Assembly: GCA_964016885.1 (NCBI GenBank)
Contig: OZ024742.1
Span: 215,140,001-215,204,000, forward strand
Length of the DNA: 64,000 nt
From: Eledone cirrhosa
Lineage: Eukaryota
Direction: 5' to 3'
Shown here: piece after piece, positions 14,360-27,129 of the stretch
Position numbering within the stretch: the stretch's first letter is position 1
Layout of the letters: every line of letters starts with the position of its first letter
Program-made: the position numbers and the translations under genes
The notes under the pieces: model-generated
Told to the model about the DNA's origin: nothing
Databases searched by the model: none
Seen by the model: only the letters and a program-made list of their open reading frames with translations

Positions 14360-14735
14360 AAATAATTGTTTCTACTTTTGGCAAAAGACCAGTAATTATC
14401 CCAGTACATTAGTGGTACTTAATCGACACTGTAAGGATGAAAGGCAAACACAACATCGGCGTGATTTGAACTCAAATCATAAAGGGCCATGACTCTATGC
14501 TACAAAGCATAGCATCCGAACCTCTACCCATGCTGCCTTTAAATAACTGTTTCTACTTTAGGCTCAAGGCCAGCAATTACCCAGTGCATTACTGGTACTT
14601 TATTTTATCGACCCCCTAAGGATGAAAGACAAAGTCAACCTTGGCGGGATTTGGACTCAGATCGTAAAGGGACGTAACTATGCTCGAAAGCATGGCTTCC
14701 GACCCTCCACCGATACTGCCAATCCACCGCCTTTA
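14360..14735 (-). mobile_element. Two tandem tRNA-derived SINE copies
   Basis: Reverse complement shows A box TGGCAGTATCGG, B-box-like GAGT(T/C)CAAATC, core TTTCATCCTTA...GTCGAT...GTACCA and tail AAGTAGAAACA. Confidence 0.85.
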
Positions 14736-15048
14736 AATAATGTGGCTAAAATATATCTTATTGGGATCAGGAATGAAACATGGGTAAGTCCAACTGAAAT
14801 CGACAACATTCTGATAACAGAAATTAATGGATTAAAATGAGATAGCAAAATAAGAATTTTAAAATATGTATATCTATTAGTCTGTTTATAAATCTGTGAA
14901 ATAAAAAAAAAGAAATAATTGGGTTCTCCCTCTTTCTTCTACTGGCAGCTACCCCTTCGTTCCACAAATTGCCATGATAGAATTATGTGTCTCAACAACA
15001 GACTTTTGACCAATCCTTGTGACAATCACTTTTACCATATATGGAATT

Positions 15049-15144
15049 ACCCCCTGAGAAGCTCGGCTATTCATATACCAGGATAAACATTTTCATTTAG
15101 TCCAGAATTAGCCACCGAAACGGCTTGAGCTCAGCCGTCGCGGT
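15049..15144 (+). ncRNA. Degenerate hammerhead (family D) in small element 15040-15238
   Basis: ACCCC-CTGAGAA-...GGCTA...TAGCC...-GAAA-CGGCT-TGAGCTC-AGCCG-TC-GCGGT; core mutated; 3' tail homologous to 56860-56940 and 57105-57185. Confidence 0.6.
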
Positions 15145-15236
15145 CCTACTCGTTCCAATTACCCACTCTACTACCCTAAGTATTGAGTACTTTGGTGCGT
15201 TATGGTCCACCTGGTCCCTTACCACATTTCCTTCGT

Positions 15237-15270
<34 letters not shown>

Positions 15271-15328
15271 ACCCAATTATATATAAATTATATACATATG
15301 GGATCATCTCTTTTCCCTTTTTATCCAT

Positions 15329-15423
<95 letters not shown>

Positions 15424-15427
<4 letters not shown>

Positions 15428-15972
15428 TATGTAGACGTACATACATATATGTATACCGACGTACAGTAGTATGTATATATATACATACATGCACACATAT
15501 ATATATGCACGTATGGATTCGCCGAACATTTATTATAATGCTCGGTGTGTTTGTAAACAAACATCCCGTATTAAGCCGTAGTGTCTAGCAACCACCGTTG
15601 CTCGTTTGTTCAACACTGACAAAGGAACGCTGTACTAGTTTCAAGCTTGTTAGCTATCGTCAGCAACGTATACCTTCCTGCCAGATTGTTGAACGTATAT
15701 ACTTACCTTATGCATATTAACGGCTGAGTAGCCCAATTTGCATATCGAGTGGGTTAATCGGCAGGGTGCACCGAAAACGATAAACGGAAAAAATGAAACG
15801 ATATTTCATTTCCCACTCTTAGTACGTGCATATATATATGTGTGCATGTATGTATATATATATATACATACTACTGTACGTCGGTATACATATATGTATG
15901 TACGTGTACATACTTATATTTAAGTAACAGCCGTACTAAGAGTGGGAAATGAAATATCGTTTCATTTTTTCC

Positions 15973-15974
<2 letters not shown>
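15424..15974. mobile_element. Family C non-coding repeat (one unit plus inverted partial unit) between (TA)n tracts
   Basis: Near-identical to the units at 55530-56686; about 15826-15916 inverts 15424-15511. Confidence 0.85.
15628..15668 (-). ncRNA. Minimal type I hammerhead ribozyme (family C)
   Basis: CGTTG-CTGACGA-T-AGCT-AACA-AGCT-T-GAAA-CTAG-TA-CAGCG; palindromic stem III CTAG, GUA triplet; stem I extends through a bulge (GGAA/TTCC, GTTCAACA/TGTTGAAC). Confidence 0.82.
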
Positions 15975-16021
<47 letters not shown>

Positions 16022-16603
16022 CCTCTCTCTCTCTCTCCCTTTCTCTCTATCAATCTCGCTTGTTATGTTATTCCTGGTGAGACTTATGTTCTACCCTTCT
16101 TTTGGATTAACTCCCATTTCCTCTTCCTCCATTTCTCCCTCTAACCCTCTTACTCAACCCCTCTGTCATTCTACCCCTCTCTCTCTCTCTCTCTCCGCCC
16201 CCATACAACTTCCGTTTCCTCCGTCTTTTTCTCTCTTTATGCCTGCTTTCATTGAGAATAGACGTGTTTCTCTCATCTCTCCGCTGTTAATAGGGCCCCT
16301 CGGCTTAAAGCCATCTTCGTTCTCTCCCTCCTCTCAGTTTCTTTCTTTCATGTGCCATTGTCCTGGTTTTCCCCTTTCTATCAGGATGTTTTCTTTCTTT
16401 ATTTCCTTTTTTCTCTCTTCTTCTTTCTCTCTCTCGCTTCTTTCCCTCATAGCTCTTTGTTAGATAAAACGTATGGGTGCGCTACGGATAGATGCATTGT
16501 CTATAATACGCTGAAACATCCCTGAGCCGTAGTAGACAACTGATGAAGGGAAAATGTCCATCTCTTCTTTGTGCCCCTTTACTTCCTAACACTAAATATG
16601 TAT

Positions 16604-16635
<32 letters not shown>

Positions 16636-17451
16636 TATATATATACACACATATATATATATATATAGATATATACACCCCCCCCCCCATATATATTATA
16701 TATATATATATATATCTTTTATATGTATATATACGTTTAAATCGTATCAAATACTGCAAACATTGATGAACTTCCCCTAAGTAAGAAATCATAGAATAAT
16801 TGCCTTTTATATACTTATGTTTTATGTGTGACGCCAATGAGCCCGAAATCAGAGTAAAATTAATTGAATTGCTTACAAAATTAATAAAACTAATATATAA
16901 CTGTACGGCCTGTCTTACTATCGCCAGCCTAACAAAATCACTTTATGTATTTTTTCTAGTCAATGTCACATAACAAGGTTAAAATAATACATACACTAAA
17001 TTACAATCATGGAAACGTCTGTTATAACGCTTTGACGTCAGCATGATTCTGATAAAAATCTAATATCAATAGAATGCTGCCAAATTTTATCTAAATGCAC
17101 TTAGTACTCTCACGAGGAATGGAAATATCTGAAGTTACAGATTCGCAACTAGTAGTATATATGATAGTGGTAGCTGTAGAATTGATAGTTCTGTTGTTTA
17201 TATTAGGCATATCGCCAGTTCTGCAAATATTGTGGATTGATTCTCTCCCAGTATAAACCTGACGTTGTTATTTCTTTGAAAAGCCAAGAATAAAATGAAA
17301 GGCAAAATCAAACTTATAAATTGGGACACAAAAGTGATAGGGAAATGATTTATTCAGTTTGTTTTACATATCTATGTTTCTAGATAATCTAAGCCAATTG
17401 AACTGGACACTATCATTAGGATTCATTTTAGAAATTGTATATTAATTTACC

Positions 17452-17880
17452 GGCACCCGTTTGATGACGAGTGCACACGCATAGTAGTGGCCAAACTCAT
17501 CGGACTCCGCGTGTGAGAGCCACATAGATGCTGTTGCGGGACGGTCGTTGACAATTTCATCTTGCACCCACTGTCTTGATCACGGAGACGGAAAGCGCGC
17601 CGACGACATTAGCCGCTTCCCAATAGAAGAAGGTAGATCCCTCATCTGGGGCATCATAGTTGGTAACTCATTCCCCGCCTCCAAGTTAATCGCTACGCCC
17701 ACAAACCTCGCTACTGTGTTCCGCAATGCATAGGAAAGGAAGACAAACAAATATCGGGGATCGTCTGGCCGATCCCAGTTCGCCCCGTTTGCCTTTGAAA
17801 CCTCAGGAGTACTCGGACCATGTACTTCCGAGCTCCTCCTTGCTATCAGAAAGTCGGCAGCCCATCTGAGGGAGTGACCA
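17452..17880 (+). mobile_element. CRE-like non-LTR retrotransposon C-terminal fragment (restriction-like endonuclease)
   Basis: EPHRCCCGTVVD...DGKRADDISRFPIEEGRSLIW...RKTNKY...FAPFAFETSGVLGP resembles the RPD...WD...K..KY...F.PFA.ET.G pattern of CRE-clade elements. Confidence 0.75.
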
Positions 17881-17884
17881 TGGC

Positions 17885-19790
17885 AAAATGTGTGGGTCTC
17901 CTTTACAATCTTTAAGTAATCAACAACTGAAGCCTCGTCACCCTGCTTTTCCTCCTACATCTCTCCTGCTCAGCAGGTAGTGTCTCCTTTAGGTATTCAT
18001 ACATTGCCTCAGCAATGTCACCTGACATAAACGTTCACAGAGGTGGGAGGCAAGAGATAGGTCTAATGTTATCAACTGCATTTTCTTTGCTGGGGTCCTT
18101 CAAACACAAGATCTTTCTCCTAACGTTTAGTCATTCTGGTAAACGTTCTTCTCCATTAAAGATTTTATTTAGTTGCTCAGCAATTCTTCCATAAAGAGCC
18201 ACAACTTTCTCAACCAGAACTCCCGCACACCGTCTCGTCTCTGCCGGGAGCTTTCCAATTTGGATAGTTACCATATCAATTGGTATCTCCGATTCTCAGA
18301 GGTGATTAACAATAATGTAACTGTTGATGTTAGCCAGCCATTCCACCCTTCTATTGTGCTCTTTTCCTGCACACCGTATTTCACTCCAAATCGTCTTACT
18401 TTCATCCGCGTCAGGGACTACATCATCATTCCTAACCATGCAATTTATCTTGTGATGGTATCTCTGCTGATATTTTTGGAAACATACATTCTGTATATAC
18501 TAAGACATCCGTTCATCATACCTCTTAATCTTTGCACCTTTATCAAGTACCTTCTATTTCAGCTCTTCAATTTCCTTTGTAAATTACTCTCTCCTAACAT
18601 TGTAATTCCCAGTAATTTGTTCAATTTTTTCCCCTTTTCTTAACCCATCTCGTGTTTCCCTTTCCAGTACATTAATGTCTTTACTGGGCATTTTGAAATC
18701 CCCTTCATTTTTCATTTTCCACCATGGTTATTTGATCTGACTTTATGTAGTCTGTTTCATACCTAACAATTTAGCAATGTAGATACTTGCAGCGTTGATG
18801 AAACTGTTTGTTTCTGTGATGGTTCTAGTTGGCACCTTGTCAATGATGTTTTTTACTTTCTTAGTTATTTATTTTGGCTGAAGTTGGCTATATTATTATT
18901 ATTTTTTTTATTACTGCCTCGTGTTTGAGAGATCTCCAATATATCAGCAATCATCTGCCTGTCGTTTTCTAATATGTCCTTCAGTTCATCAATTTTAATG
19001 TCACCTCCCGCATCACCTCGAATATTCAGTACTTCTTCCTTTCGGATTACATAATTTTCCATACCCTCATCTCTATTTGTCTCTCCAACATCCTTAGCAT
19101 CTATATCCTCCATACCATTCTAGTATAACTTTTTCGTTATCATTTCAATCTCCATCTCAGACAGCCATCCGTTTTTGCGAGTTGCCCTTGCCTGATCACA
19201 AATCCACTGTTCACATGATTCAAATAGCCCCATCTCCTGTCATACACCTAACATACGTTGTGTATATCCTGTAATTGGCACATCATTGTAATTCACAAGC
19301 GTACTTCTAGAATAACACTCCATAGCTCCCTTGCTTGCGATCTTACTCCACTTCATTCTAGCAGTGTCATGGTGACAACTGGGCCTGTTCTGCTCAACCA
19401 CAGGACAGCTGACGGATGAGGCACCTTATTAGAAGCTACAGTAGTATGCACTCCTTTGTCTAAACAAATGTTTTTATTCATTTCACTCATTGAATTTAGT
19501 AGTTTTATGGTTGCACTAGGACCGGTGTTCTTTTTTTTTTTTGAGAGACAACATCTCGAGAGGGTAACGTACGCTACATAAAGTGGCCCCAAAACCTTGT
19601 AGTGAGCTATCCAGCGCTGGTCAACAATCCAATATATTCTGCCACTCAGCTGAAGAATTTACAAATCTCCTGACTTCCTCCGCTCTTTGACGGGTTTCAT
19701 TTTTCATCCCGCAGGTTATCCCAAAATCCCCTTCCTCACCAAGCAAGCTTGGTGATTTCGCCGGACTAGTCAACGACGACTCAACCATTC
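17885..19790 (-). mobile_element. R4/Dong-like LINE 5' half (5' UTR, N-terminus, start of RT), decayed
   Basis: Minus translation AMECYSRS...GYTQRML...[19 protein letters not shown] and RPISCLPPL...EQERCRRKSR, typical of the R4 clade; many stops. Confidence 0.8.
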
Positions 19791-20119
19791 GCTACTATCG
19801 AAATAACGTTTCTTTTGAACATTTATATCATTTTATTTGAAATGAATGTTTCTTTAATTTCTCACAAAGGATAGACCCAGTTATTAAATAACGTTTGTTC
19901 GTTAACTTCAATATTTCCGATATGACAGTAAAAAACATTACACTCCACTATCGAAATATAGTTTCTTTAAAACATGTTTATCGCTTTGTAACTTGCTTCG
20001 AATTTTGCTTGTTTTCCAAGTCATTCTGAATGTCAACCTGAGGCAAAATTTGATAATGAACACATTTTACTATCTAGTGTCATACAAATGGTGCCACAAT
20101 GGCACAAACAAATGTTAAT

Positions 20120-20900
20120 GTCTTTGCAAAGTTTTAAATTGAAAATGTCTTTTTCGGGACTTGTACAATACCAGTCAGCATTATTTTCTCTATCTGTTGC
20201 AGGTATCTAGTCCAAATATTTTTAGTTCTCTTTTTTATCATTCCAAGTCCGGCGACAATCACTGGTAAGGTATAGGCTATAAAATGCCACATTTTCTCAA
20301 TTCCAATTGATAGATCTTTATATTTACAGAGCTTTCGGAACTCTTTCGTGGAGATGTTACGATCTGATGGAATACTCATGTCAATCAAAAAACATTATTT
20401 CACTTTATCGTCCTTCACAATTATATCAGGTCTGTTAGCTTCGATTTTTCTGTAGAGTATTCACCGGGAAATCCCAGTGGATTGTTGCGTTCTCGCTTCC
20501 TGTTGCTGCATCTGGATGATGGTTGTACCATTTCCCCTCCGTTTTCAGACCATAAAACCAACACGTTAGCCTGTGCAAGCATTGCCCCACTCTATCGTGC
20601 CCCGTTTCATATTCCTGGGCAACTAATACCTTGCAATCTGAAACCAGGTGGTCTATGGTCTCAACATGTTTATCACAGAATCGACACTTTTGGTCAATTC
20701 CATTTCTGATCACATTGGCTTGAAATTGCGCGTTGGGAGACACTGGTCTTGTGCAGCCAAAAATGAATCCTCATTCTCTGCTTTTAGCCCAGAATTCTGC
20801 AGCCATTGTTGGTTGAGAGCTTGATCTACATAAGGTTGTTTGTTACCATCTCGACCATAAGTACCTAAATATCTATCATAAGCCGCACTGCCAGAAGCGT
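20120..20900 (-). mobile_element. R4/Dong-like LINE 3' part (CCHC knuckle + PD-(D/E)xK endonuclease)
   Basis: AAQDQCLPTRN...CRFCDKHVETIDHLVSDC...HD...WDF...ANRPDIIV...LIDMSIPSDRN...K..KYKDL...PVIVAGLG. Confidence 0.9.
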
Positions 20901-21049
20901 ATGACATACATCGAACCTCTTTGACTGATCTGAGGCCAATTAACATGCTGAACCTAGCAATCTATTGCTAGAGAATTCTTATAAAAAGAAAAACAAATTA
21001 CGGATTCACCGTACCGGACACTTACATCACTACAAAGAGTTACATCCAT

Positions 21050-21202
21050 TTACCTTCTGAATTCAAATCCAACCGAGCTTAGCTTTACCATTTTCTATAA
21101 CGTGGTCGGTAAAATAAAGTACCAGAAACGCATTGGGTCTATATAATCAACTTTCCCTTCCCCAAAATTGTTGGCTTTGTGTTTATGTCAGAAACCATTA
21201 CT
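21050..21202 (+). mobile_element. Diverged tRNA-derived SINE copy
   Basis: TGAATTCAAATCC B-box-like motif, GGTCGGTAAAATAAAGTACCAG core, AGAAACCATTACT tail. Confidence 0.65.
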
Positions 21203-21559
21203 ACTACTAGTTTTTTAATGCATCAGATGTGTACAACATTGCATTTAGGTGGATGTAATATTGAAGTTTAACGTACATGTGATTATATCTTGTGTTATAT
21301 TTATTTCAAGTTTCGTCTGAACCATGTGGTTGGTGTTAAGCGTGTTAGTGTTGCATGGCAGATATGTAGATTATGTATAGTGTTTAGCAAATTTGATTTC
21401 ATATTGATTTTATGCTGTTTGTCATCTCCAAACAGGCTAAAGAAGGCCTGATATACTTTAAATGATTATTTCATTGCTGGGAAACCCAACTTCAAAAACA
21501 ATGTATTTCGTTGTATTTCTATTCCTGAACCCGCTGCAGTCTTCCAAATGCTGATAGCA

Positions 21560-22340
21560 TATTGTTTAAAGTTACATAATCACACAGTAAAACGATTTTT
21601 GAGATCATTGCCTCCCAGACTTAATTCGCCACACAAGCCTTATACGACTTACCAAGAAAATGCAGAAAATATGCCTATATTTCAGGGACTATAGTTACAA
21701 CCCTAATATTGAATACGATACTGAAAAAAAACAATTTGTTTTAGCGAAAATACTTATTCACATTGTTGAGAGCATGAGGAGAAAACAAACACAAACACCA
21801 AACCGTAATCCCAAGATCCACTCGCAGACCAGCAATAACGACGAAAGCCACAGCACCAATAATAAGAAAGAAATGAAGAGAAAGAAACCAGAGAAAAAAG
21901 ATAAAACCTGCGTGTATATTGATCTGTCATACGAAGCAATACACAGAAAAACATCGAAGAATTTGTATCAAAATACCGAGTGCGAGTAGTAGGTGTGGGA
22001 GGATGTTGAGAAAACGCATCATCGAAGAAAATGTCAGCTGCCTTCTTAAATGCCTTGTGAGAGATTACACCACCACAGAAATTAACAACTCGAACAATAC
22101 AAAAGGAATATGCTTGAGAGAGCATGTAGAGTATGAGTAGAACTGCACGTGCGGAGCCAACTACGTCGGGTCCGCATAGCGCCAACTGCATAGCAAGATA
22201 CAAGATCATTTTCAAAAAGTGTTCAGTGCTTCAACAGAAGTGTTCTGTGTTCAGTACTTCAACAGAAACAATTATGTGGGATAAGCATAACCGCAAAAAT
22301 ACTTGCCGAGCAAAGAGATATTTTAAATCTATGAATACCG
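21560..22340 (+). mobile_element. Highly decayed Penelope-like GIY-YIG region
   Basis: VEYE*NCTCGANYVG...RQLHSKIQDH resembles the GIY-YIG motif VVY...C.CG..YIG...R.L..RI.EH. Confidence 0.5.
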
Positions 22341-22855
22341 GAAGAGCAGTTTATCAGGTAACGGGTGCCTATCCTAGCCCGTTGGAGTAAGCTGGATACA
22401 TAGAAACACCTATACACATACTCTGACGGGAAATGGATTTGCCACGCCAGGAATAATCTACTCAGATGAAGGATTATAATTAGAAAGCACTCACTATCAG
22501 GTGATCCATACTATTCCAGCAACATGGCCTTGGATAATTTAGGAAAGGAACGTTCATAGTGACTATACTAACTTTAATCCTAATCCTAATTTTAAATCTA
22601 ATCCCAACCCCGATTTTAATTATAAAATTAACTCTCACACACTCATTTTTTGAATATCTACTTTCACCTAAAGGAAAAATACATCATACAACGTACACGG
22701 TTTTTAAACAAGTTTTTTCACCTGTATTGTATTTTATTATAATCTAGCTTCTCCCTCTCAGCTCTCTAAAGCTTACTTTTCTTACCTTGCTCGGAAACGC
22801 ACGCACTAAAACCAAACTATACAACGCACTACACAGACACACACACACACACACA

Positions 22856-22900
<45 letters not shown>

Positions 22901-22960
22901 TAAGGAAAATAGATGGAAATAGAAAATACAACTGGAGTTTTTAAGAATATTTATTTGTTT

Positions 22961-22997
22961 CCTTTACCGGTTTCACAGTTCTTATGCTTTTCAAAAG
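22961..22997 (-). ncRNA. Candidate hammerhead with U3/A8 core (TTGAAAA)
   Basis: CTT-TTGAAAA-GCA-TAAGAAC-TGT-GAAA-CCGG-TA-AAG followed by AATAAA; small element between (TA)n tracts. Confidence 0.5.
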
Positions 22998-23044
22998 TAG
23001 AATTGAGATGGAGGGTTTGTGGTTTATCCCGCATCTTACAAATG

Positions 23045-23106
<62 letters not shown>

Positions 23107-23877
23107 AGGGTTGACGGATCCACCATTTTTATCAATGCCAGTACCGGTTGTATCTCAGCGCACTCAATGGGCAATGTAAGATACATTACCAGAGTATGCA
23201 CATAGTTATTTGCCTCAACACAACACACGTAAAACGGATGCCTATAATGTTCCCGGACTCGAGTTTCTGCAGCACTAATGCAGCAGTAAGGTGCATTGTA
23301 CCATCTGTCTGCATATGTTATGCAACAATGCACAGTCGGCTTATGCGGCTTCATCAGCGAGTATCGCCTAATCAATAACCAATCGATCGACATAATCCAA
23401 ACACCGGCCCGTGCCGGTCATGACTGTTTGTGACAACCGACACGGTAAAGCGATTAACTGGCAACCGATAGGAATCTATCTCTCAAATAGCCTCTCATTT
23501 ACAAATTTTACCTATATATAGGAACTTATATGTCAGCCGGGAGCCCGAGGAGAAGGATGTGTTTTTTGTCTGGGGCATATCACAAAATCGGTTTTTCATC
23601 TGAAGATACCGTTCTCATAACAACAACAAATGCAAAAATTACATCCTGGATTGCACAAGAAAACCGTTGCAATAAATATTATGAATAAACGAATTATGTA
23701 ACATCAGCATATTTCGTAATGTTTTTCTTATATATATAAACAATGAGATATTTGGTTCGTTGATTATTCCATAAACTAAATTTTACAACAGATTAGAAGC
23801 ACTCAAATGATTTTTTGCGGAGTATCATTAATATCAATAATATCAATAAATGGAAAATATCTTTATAAAACCATATT

Positions 23878-23938
23878 TATTTTATTATACGTATTTCAAG
23901 CGTACTAATATTTAAGTACGCTTTCATCAGATAAAATA
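23878..23938 (-). ncRNA. Type I hammerhead ribozyme (family A), intact
   Basis: TATTTTAT-CTGATGA-AAGCGTACT-TAAATATT-AGTACGCTT-GAAA-TACGTA-TA-ATAAAATA: perfect stems I and II, palindromic stem III. Confidence 0.88.
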
Positions 23939-23970
23939 TAATAATTGGTGTAAAGATAGTGACATATCTT

Positions 23971-26059
23971 TGTAGCGTTCTCTAGACAGGAAGTAGCTGG
24001 AGTTACTTCCCGTTGAGATTGCAGAACATTCTTAGGGAATTCTGTCCGAGGGAATTATAAAGGAGAGAGCCAAAAGCTAACTCCCTCTCTTTTAAACTGC
24101 CTGGCCCTTCGGCCAGGCGCGTTCCGCCGAGAGTATACTCTCAGGCAACATGAACATGGTAATGTAAAACCTCTTGGTCTCTTGCACGCTGACTTCAAAA
24201 CGGTAAACAAATAACTTTAATTCATCCTTTCATCTCTCTTGGCATGTCAAATATTCTGCTCTACATAGCTCTACCTTGTTAAATAAACATTGTACATACA
24301 ACCCTGTTATACTTGGTGACCCCGAGAAAAAATAATAGGATCTGGTGTTGTGTGAAGATGAAAAAAAGAAAATTAATTAGCAGTGTTTCAAAAAGAAAAA
24401 AATTACTCTTACAATATTCCACATGGATTTTTTCTACAACATTTTTTCTACAACATTCCACGTGGATTTTGTCTACAACGAAAAATATAAGTAATCTTTT
24501 CCTCAGCAGCAAACAAACAAGAAAAAATGTTGCTTTTCACCTCACGTGTTTACATCGTTTAAATCTGTTTCAATCACTGTATATATCCTTCGTCCGTCTC
24601 AGAACGAACTCTCAGAAACACTTGGACTCCTGTATTCTTATATTCAACATGTCAATTTTGATGAACATCGCAGGTCGCTTACTCATTCAACTAAGCCCTT
24701 TTCCCTACTTTTTCATCACTTAAAAAAAAAAACTTGAACTCTCGCCATATACAAAGTGAATATAGCCTTTACTTCTTTTTCATCATATTATCACGTTCAT
24801 ACACAAATTTTTCAAAATGGCTGCCATTTTCTCGCGCAAATGAACTATTTTTTTTTCAACTTCACTTTAACCTTGTTTCGGCACGTGTGGGAGCACACAT
24901 CTCGACTCACTGAGATATCACCATAGATAATGTTTCTTGACAAGGATTCTCCAGCCTTAAGCTATATTCTCATATTTGCCGGTTTAAAAATGTATCACGT
25001 AAATTTGCCGTTGAAAACTGCGCATTTATTCAGAATATTTATTTCTATTGTCGCTGGCCTGTTGACCCTTCCAGATCAACGCGTTCTCAACATCGACCAT
25101 CAACTTTGGCTGTTATTTCTAGCACTTTGCGCAACTCATTTTTTCTGGGAAACTTTTTAATGTGAATTGAAACAACATCGAATAGGCTCACTCCGCGAGA
25201 CAACAACAACACAGCTTCATCTTTGCTTTATCAACAAGCAAAAACCAGCAGAACAAAACACAGAGAATTTATTTTTGCAGCACTCTTCCTGTGAGAAAAT
25301 CCCACCGCCTTGGAATGTTGGGAATTTCACGTTGTACCACAGTCCAGAAACTACCTGCATATATTCTCTTGGTGACACACTCTCTTTCCTGCTGTCATGT
25401 TAATTTATTTTTGAACATGTGAACTTTTTTTTAATAACTATGTTCGAGCACGTTTCTTTGCTCCTTTGACCTCTGCTTTTAGGTTGATTGCATTGTATCT
25501 CTGTGTGATGGATAGATAGATATCCAGTCGTTCTCTGGCCAAGAGCGGTTGGCTACCTTGATATCTATCATTAATTTTTGCATGCTCATTTTGCTATTTG
25601 CTGGCTCATGTTTTGTTCTTTCATGTTCTTGTACCTTTTGCCTTGCTCCTTGTCTTCTTGCTACAATGTTTTCATTTGGTCATTCGACTTCTCGTCTGGG
25701 AGGGGAGTCCTGTAGCGCTCTCTAGACAGGAAGTAGCTGGAGTTACTTCTCGTTGAGGCTGCAGAACCTCCTTAGGAACTTCCGTCCGAGAGAACTATAA
25801 TGGAGAAAGCCGAAAGCTAACTCCCTCTCTTGTAACGTGCCTGGCCCTTCGGCCAGGCGCGTTCCGCCGAAGGTATACTCTCTGGCAACATGAACATGGT
25901 TATGTAAAGACCTCTTGGTCTCTTGCGCGCTGACTTCAAAACGGTAAACAACTAACTTTAATTCATCTTTTCATCTCTCTTGGCAGGTCAACTATTCTGC
26001 TCTACATAGCTCAATCTTGCTAAATAAACATTGTACATACAACCCAGTGTCCTGTTATA
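23971..26059 (+). mobile_element. Non-autonomous or decayed LTR retrotransposon with both LTRs
   Basis: LTRs 23971-24311 and 25711-26059 (TGTAG...TTATA, with AATAAA); PBS TGGTGACCCCGA at 24314-24325 complementary to the tRNA-Trp 3' end; PPT GGGAGGGGAG before the 3' LTR; TSD TCTT; only faint pol remnants (ILIF...FDEHRR). Confidence 0.92.
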
Positions 26060-26227
26060 TCTTCATGTAAACTTCATGTTATAAGTTCAGTGAGGATAGT
26101 GAATATAATTTTTCAAAACTCAAGGAAATATGCTAATGAGGATAACGTTAAAACTGAAAAGATCCGTTAAGTTTAGACGCTAGATAGATTTTAAATATTT
26201 CTCTAAATTTTTTTTCTTTTAAAGGCT

Positions 26228-26613
26228 TTGCTATAAATTTGAAAAAATATTGTAGAGTTATTTTAGAATTATTTTTAGAAATATACATATATACGCCCAA
26301 ATATATTTACATGGGTATAGAAAGAATGATATAATTATATATATTTATTTATTTATTTTATTTTTTAAATATATTTTAAGAATATGGAAGTATTTATAAT
26401 ATTTATGTGAGAATTATAATGTATTGTATTAAATTGAGAACTATTAATTTATTAAAGAAATTACAACAATATAATACGTGACAGATACCCTGTATTTAAA
26501 TATACCATTGGATATATTTTTACCCATGTAAATATGTTTGGGTGTACATATGTTTATTTCTATAAATAATTCTAAAATAACTCTACAATATTTTTTTCAA
26601 ATTTAATTGCAAA
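26228..26613. repeat. Imperfect inverted repeat (about 95-bp arms)
   Basis: 26228-26322 (AAAAAATATTGTAGAGTTATTTTAGAATTATT...TTTACATGGGTA) versus 26518-26613 (TACCCATGTAAA...AATAATTCTAAAATAACTCTACAATATTTTTT). Confidence 0.8.
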
Positions 26614-27129
26614 CTCTTAAAAAAAATTTTTTATAAATATTTAATTAAACATTCTCCTTTTTCCATGATTGCTAAAATCACTTAAATTTACACAAATCAC
26701 TTAAATTTACCACACAATTGATTAATCCTCGATACAGTTTGGTACCAGGAATGCGTTGCTGTAACATTAATTATCGTGACAAATTTGTCGAGAGGAGCAT
26801 GGAGAAATATATAATTATTTCTGATTGAAACTAAAATGTTAACACTGATACACTTTGCAATAAATATTTGGTGCTTGCAGTAGTAATAAAATGTGAACCA
26901 CTTTAAAGCCTTACATATTTCTGAATAAATAAAAACGCTATAAATATTTTAGATGATATCTTTCAATATAGTGATTGTAGTATCGATAACATATTTATAT
27001 AAATACAAAGTAAGTAAAGTAAAAAAAAATATATGTTGGAATACCATTAGCAATCTCTGTCTCTTTTTTAACAGGATGCTAAGTCACAGCAAACAATTTC
27101 CACAATTATAATTGTTTGATTTGTAGGAA

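Noticed and set aside
16770-16860. TTGATGA-ACTT/AAGT-AAGAAA as a hammerhead
   Set aside because: Spacing before GAAA is wrong and there is no stem I.
22462-22500. CAGATGA...GAAA motif after the PLE fragment
   Set aside because: Stem II and stem I pairing is too poor.
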